A DNA stretch of 25,276 bases from a virus. Taxonomy: Duplodnaviria > Caudoviricetes. Of the stretch, positions 24,379-25,276 are shown one piece after another; the first letter of the stretch is position 1, and each line of letters opens with the position of its first letter. Under the pieces are notes generated by a model that saw only the letters and a program-made list of their open reading frames with translations, searched no databases and was not told the DNA's origin. Location of the stretch: positions 1 to 25,276 of IMG/VR virus record IMGVR_UViG_3300035039_000235; one strand, written 5' to 3'. Both the position numbers and the translations under genes were made by a program.

Positions 24379-25276
24379 GTACACCAAACGGCCAAACATC
24401 CCTGGCCTGACCAATTTATCGGATGAGGTGCGGACGGTTTTGCTGCCGGTCAAGCAGTTGCTCGACATCCACGAAGGCCGGACCGGCAACGCTTCGGTGG
24501 ACCGCTTTGTTAAGATGGGGGAGATTGCCCACCTGATCAACACCCAGATGAAGTCCACGGCCCGGCCGGCAGACGGGGAGGCCCCGGGCCCGCCGACAGA
24601 CGTGCAGGTGCTTGCCGGCGCCTGGGGCAACCGCATTTCCTGGACAAACGCCGTTGACGAAGACCTCTGGGCAGTTGAGGTGTGGGCGTCCAAGGCGGTA
24701 AACGACTGGACCCTGGCAGACCTTGTGGCCGTGGCCACCATTCCGCAGGCCATCCGTGGCAAGCGGTCCGAGTACATGCACTTTCCGGCCAGCCTGACCA
24801 GCGACTATTATTACTGGTGCCGGTCCGTGGATTATTCCGGTAACGCATCGCGCCTGGCGCCGCCGGGCGAGGATGAGGGGATCCTGGCCCCGGGCAAGGA
24901 CACAATCGGCGAGACCATTGACGCGATTATGGACGCCCTGACACCGATCAATGCGCCGCCATGGGATCCGTCAAAAAGTGATTATGAGGCCGGCGATATT
25001 GTTGCTTACGGGGGCAAGCAATGGCAGTGCTACCGGGCGCCCGTCCCTGTCGGGGTGCCGCCCGAATCTGACGACGGGGCAAGCTATTGGCGCCGCACCG
25101 GGATACTGCGCCAGGGCGACGTTGATGAGGTGCCCACCGTGGGTATCGATGGACAGCTGGTGGTCGATGGTACTTTGTTGGCCAGAAGCATCGCTACCGA
25201 CCAGCTGCAGGTAGGAGAAAATGTTACGGTCATGGATGGCGTCATCGTCATTGAGAATTTGTCTGAGGAGACGGTC
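24371..25276 (+). CDS. Tail tip/host-specificity fibre protein, 3' end beyond the window (not in the ORF track)
   Basis: ATG 24371 overlaps the upstream stop and the frame is open for 302 codons to the window end. FN3-like PGPPTDV...ISWTN...VEVWAS...YYYWCRSVDYSGNAS, then CBM-like WDPSKSDYEAGDIVAYGGKQWQC. Confidence 0.8.
   Translation, partial: MPKYTKRPNIPGLTNLSDEVRTVLLPVKQLLDIHEGRTGNASVDRFVKMGEIAHLINTQMKSTARPADGEAPGPPTDVQVLAGAWGNRISWTNAVDEDLWAVEVWASKAVNDWTLADLVAVATIPQAIRGKRSEYMHFPASLTSDYYYWCRSVDYSGNASRLAPPGEDEGILAPGKDTIGETIDAIMDALTPINAPPWDPSKSDYEAGDIVAYGGKQWQCYRAPVPVGVPPESDDGASYWRRTGILRQGDVDEVPTVGIDGQLVVDGTLLARSIATDQLQVGENVTVMDGVIVIENLSEETV

Larger units (their letters stand above)
196..25276 (+). 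mobile_element. Prophage/temperate phage region (control, packaging, head and tail modules); probably podovirus-like; extends beyond the window
   Basis: Co-oriented terS-terL-portal-scaffold-capsid-adaptor-tail gene order. No tape measure, sheath, integrase or att site recognised in the window. Confidence 0.95.

Noticed and set aside
5844-25214. Numerous minus-strand and alternate-frame ORFs over the structural genes
   Set aside because: Shadow ORFs of GC-rich coding DNA, fully overlapping well-supported + strand genes.
18789-25276. Template repeat downstream of the RT
   Set aside because: No AAC-rich near-copy of the VR was seen; the DNA is filled with tightly packed ORFs. This was a visual search only.

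Overview
The window is a segment of a tailed, probably podovirus-like, temperate phage or prophage, almost all on the + strand. From left to right it holds a CI-like repressor, a small minus-strand operon with a ribbon-helix-helix regulator, a serine resolvase, an origin-like non-coding region (TGAGAC repeats around a 45-bp A/T-only tract) and an SF2 helicase-like gene whose ATPase motifs are all degenerate. These are followed by terminase small and large subunits, portal, scaffold, major capsid, head and adaptor genes and a tail/receptor-binding module that runs off the right end. The main finding is a collapsed diversity-generating retroelement (DGR). A tail protein ends in a typical DGR variable region with GC tract and hairpin, but the next ORF looks like an in-frame fusion of about 12 Avd-like codons to only the C-terminal half of a reverse transcriptase (YMDD at residue 21), and I found no template repeat. 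Also notable are five intergenic palindromic heptamer-array elements, two carrying an identical GTAG-type REP, and a second heptamer array translated inside two unrelated proteins. All product calls come from motifs and gene order recognised by eye, with no database searches.
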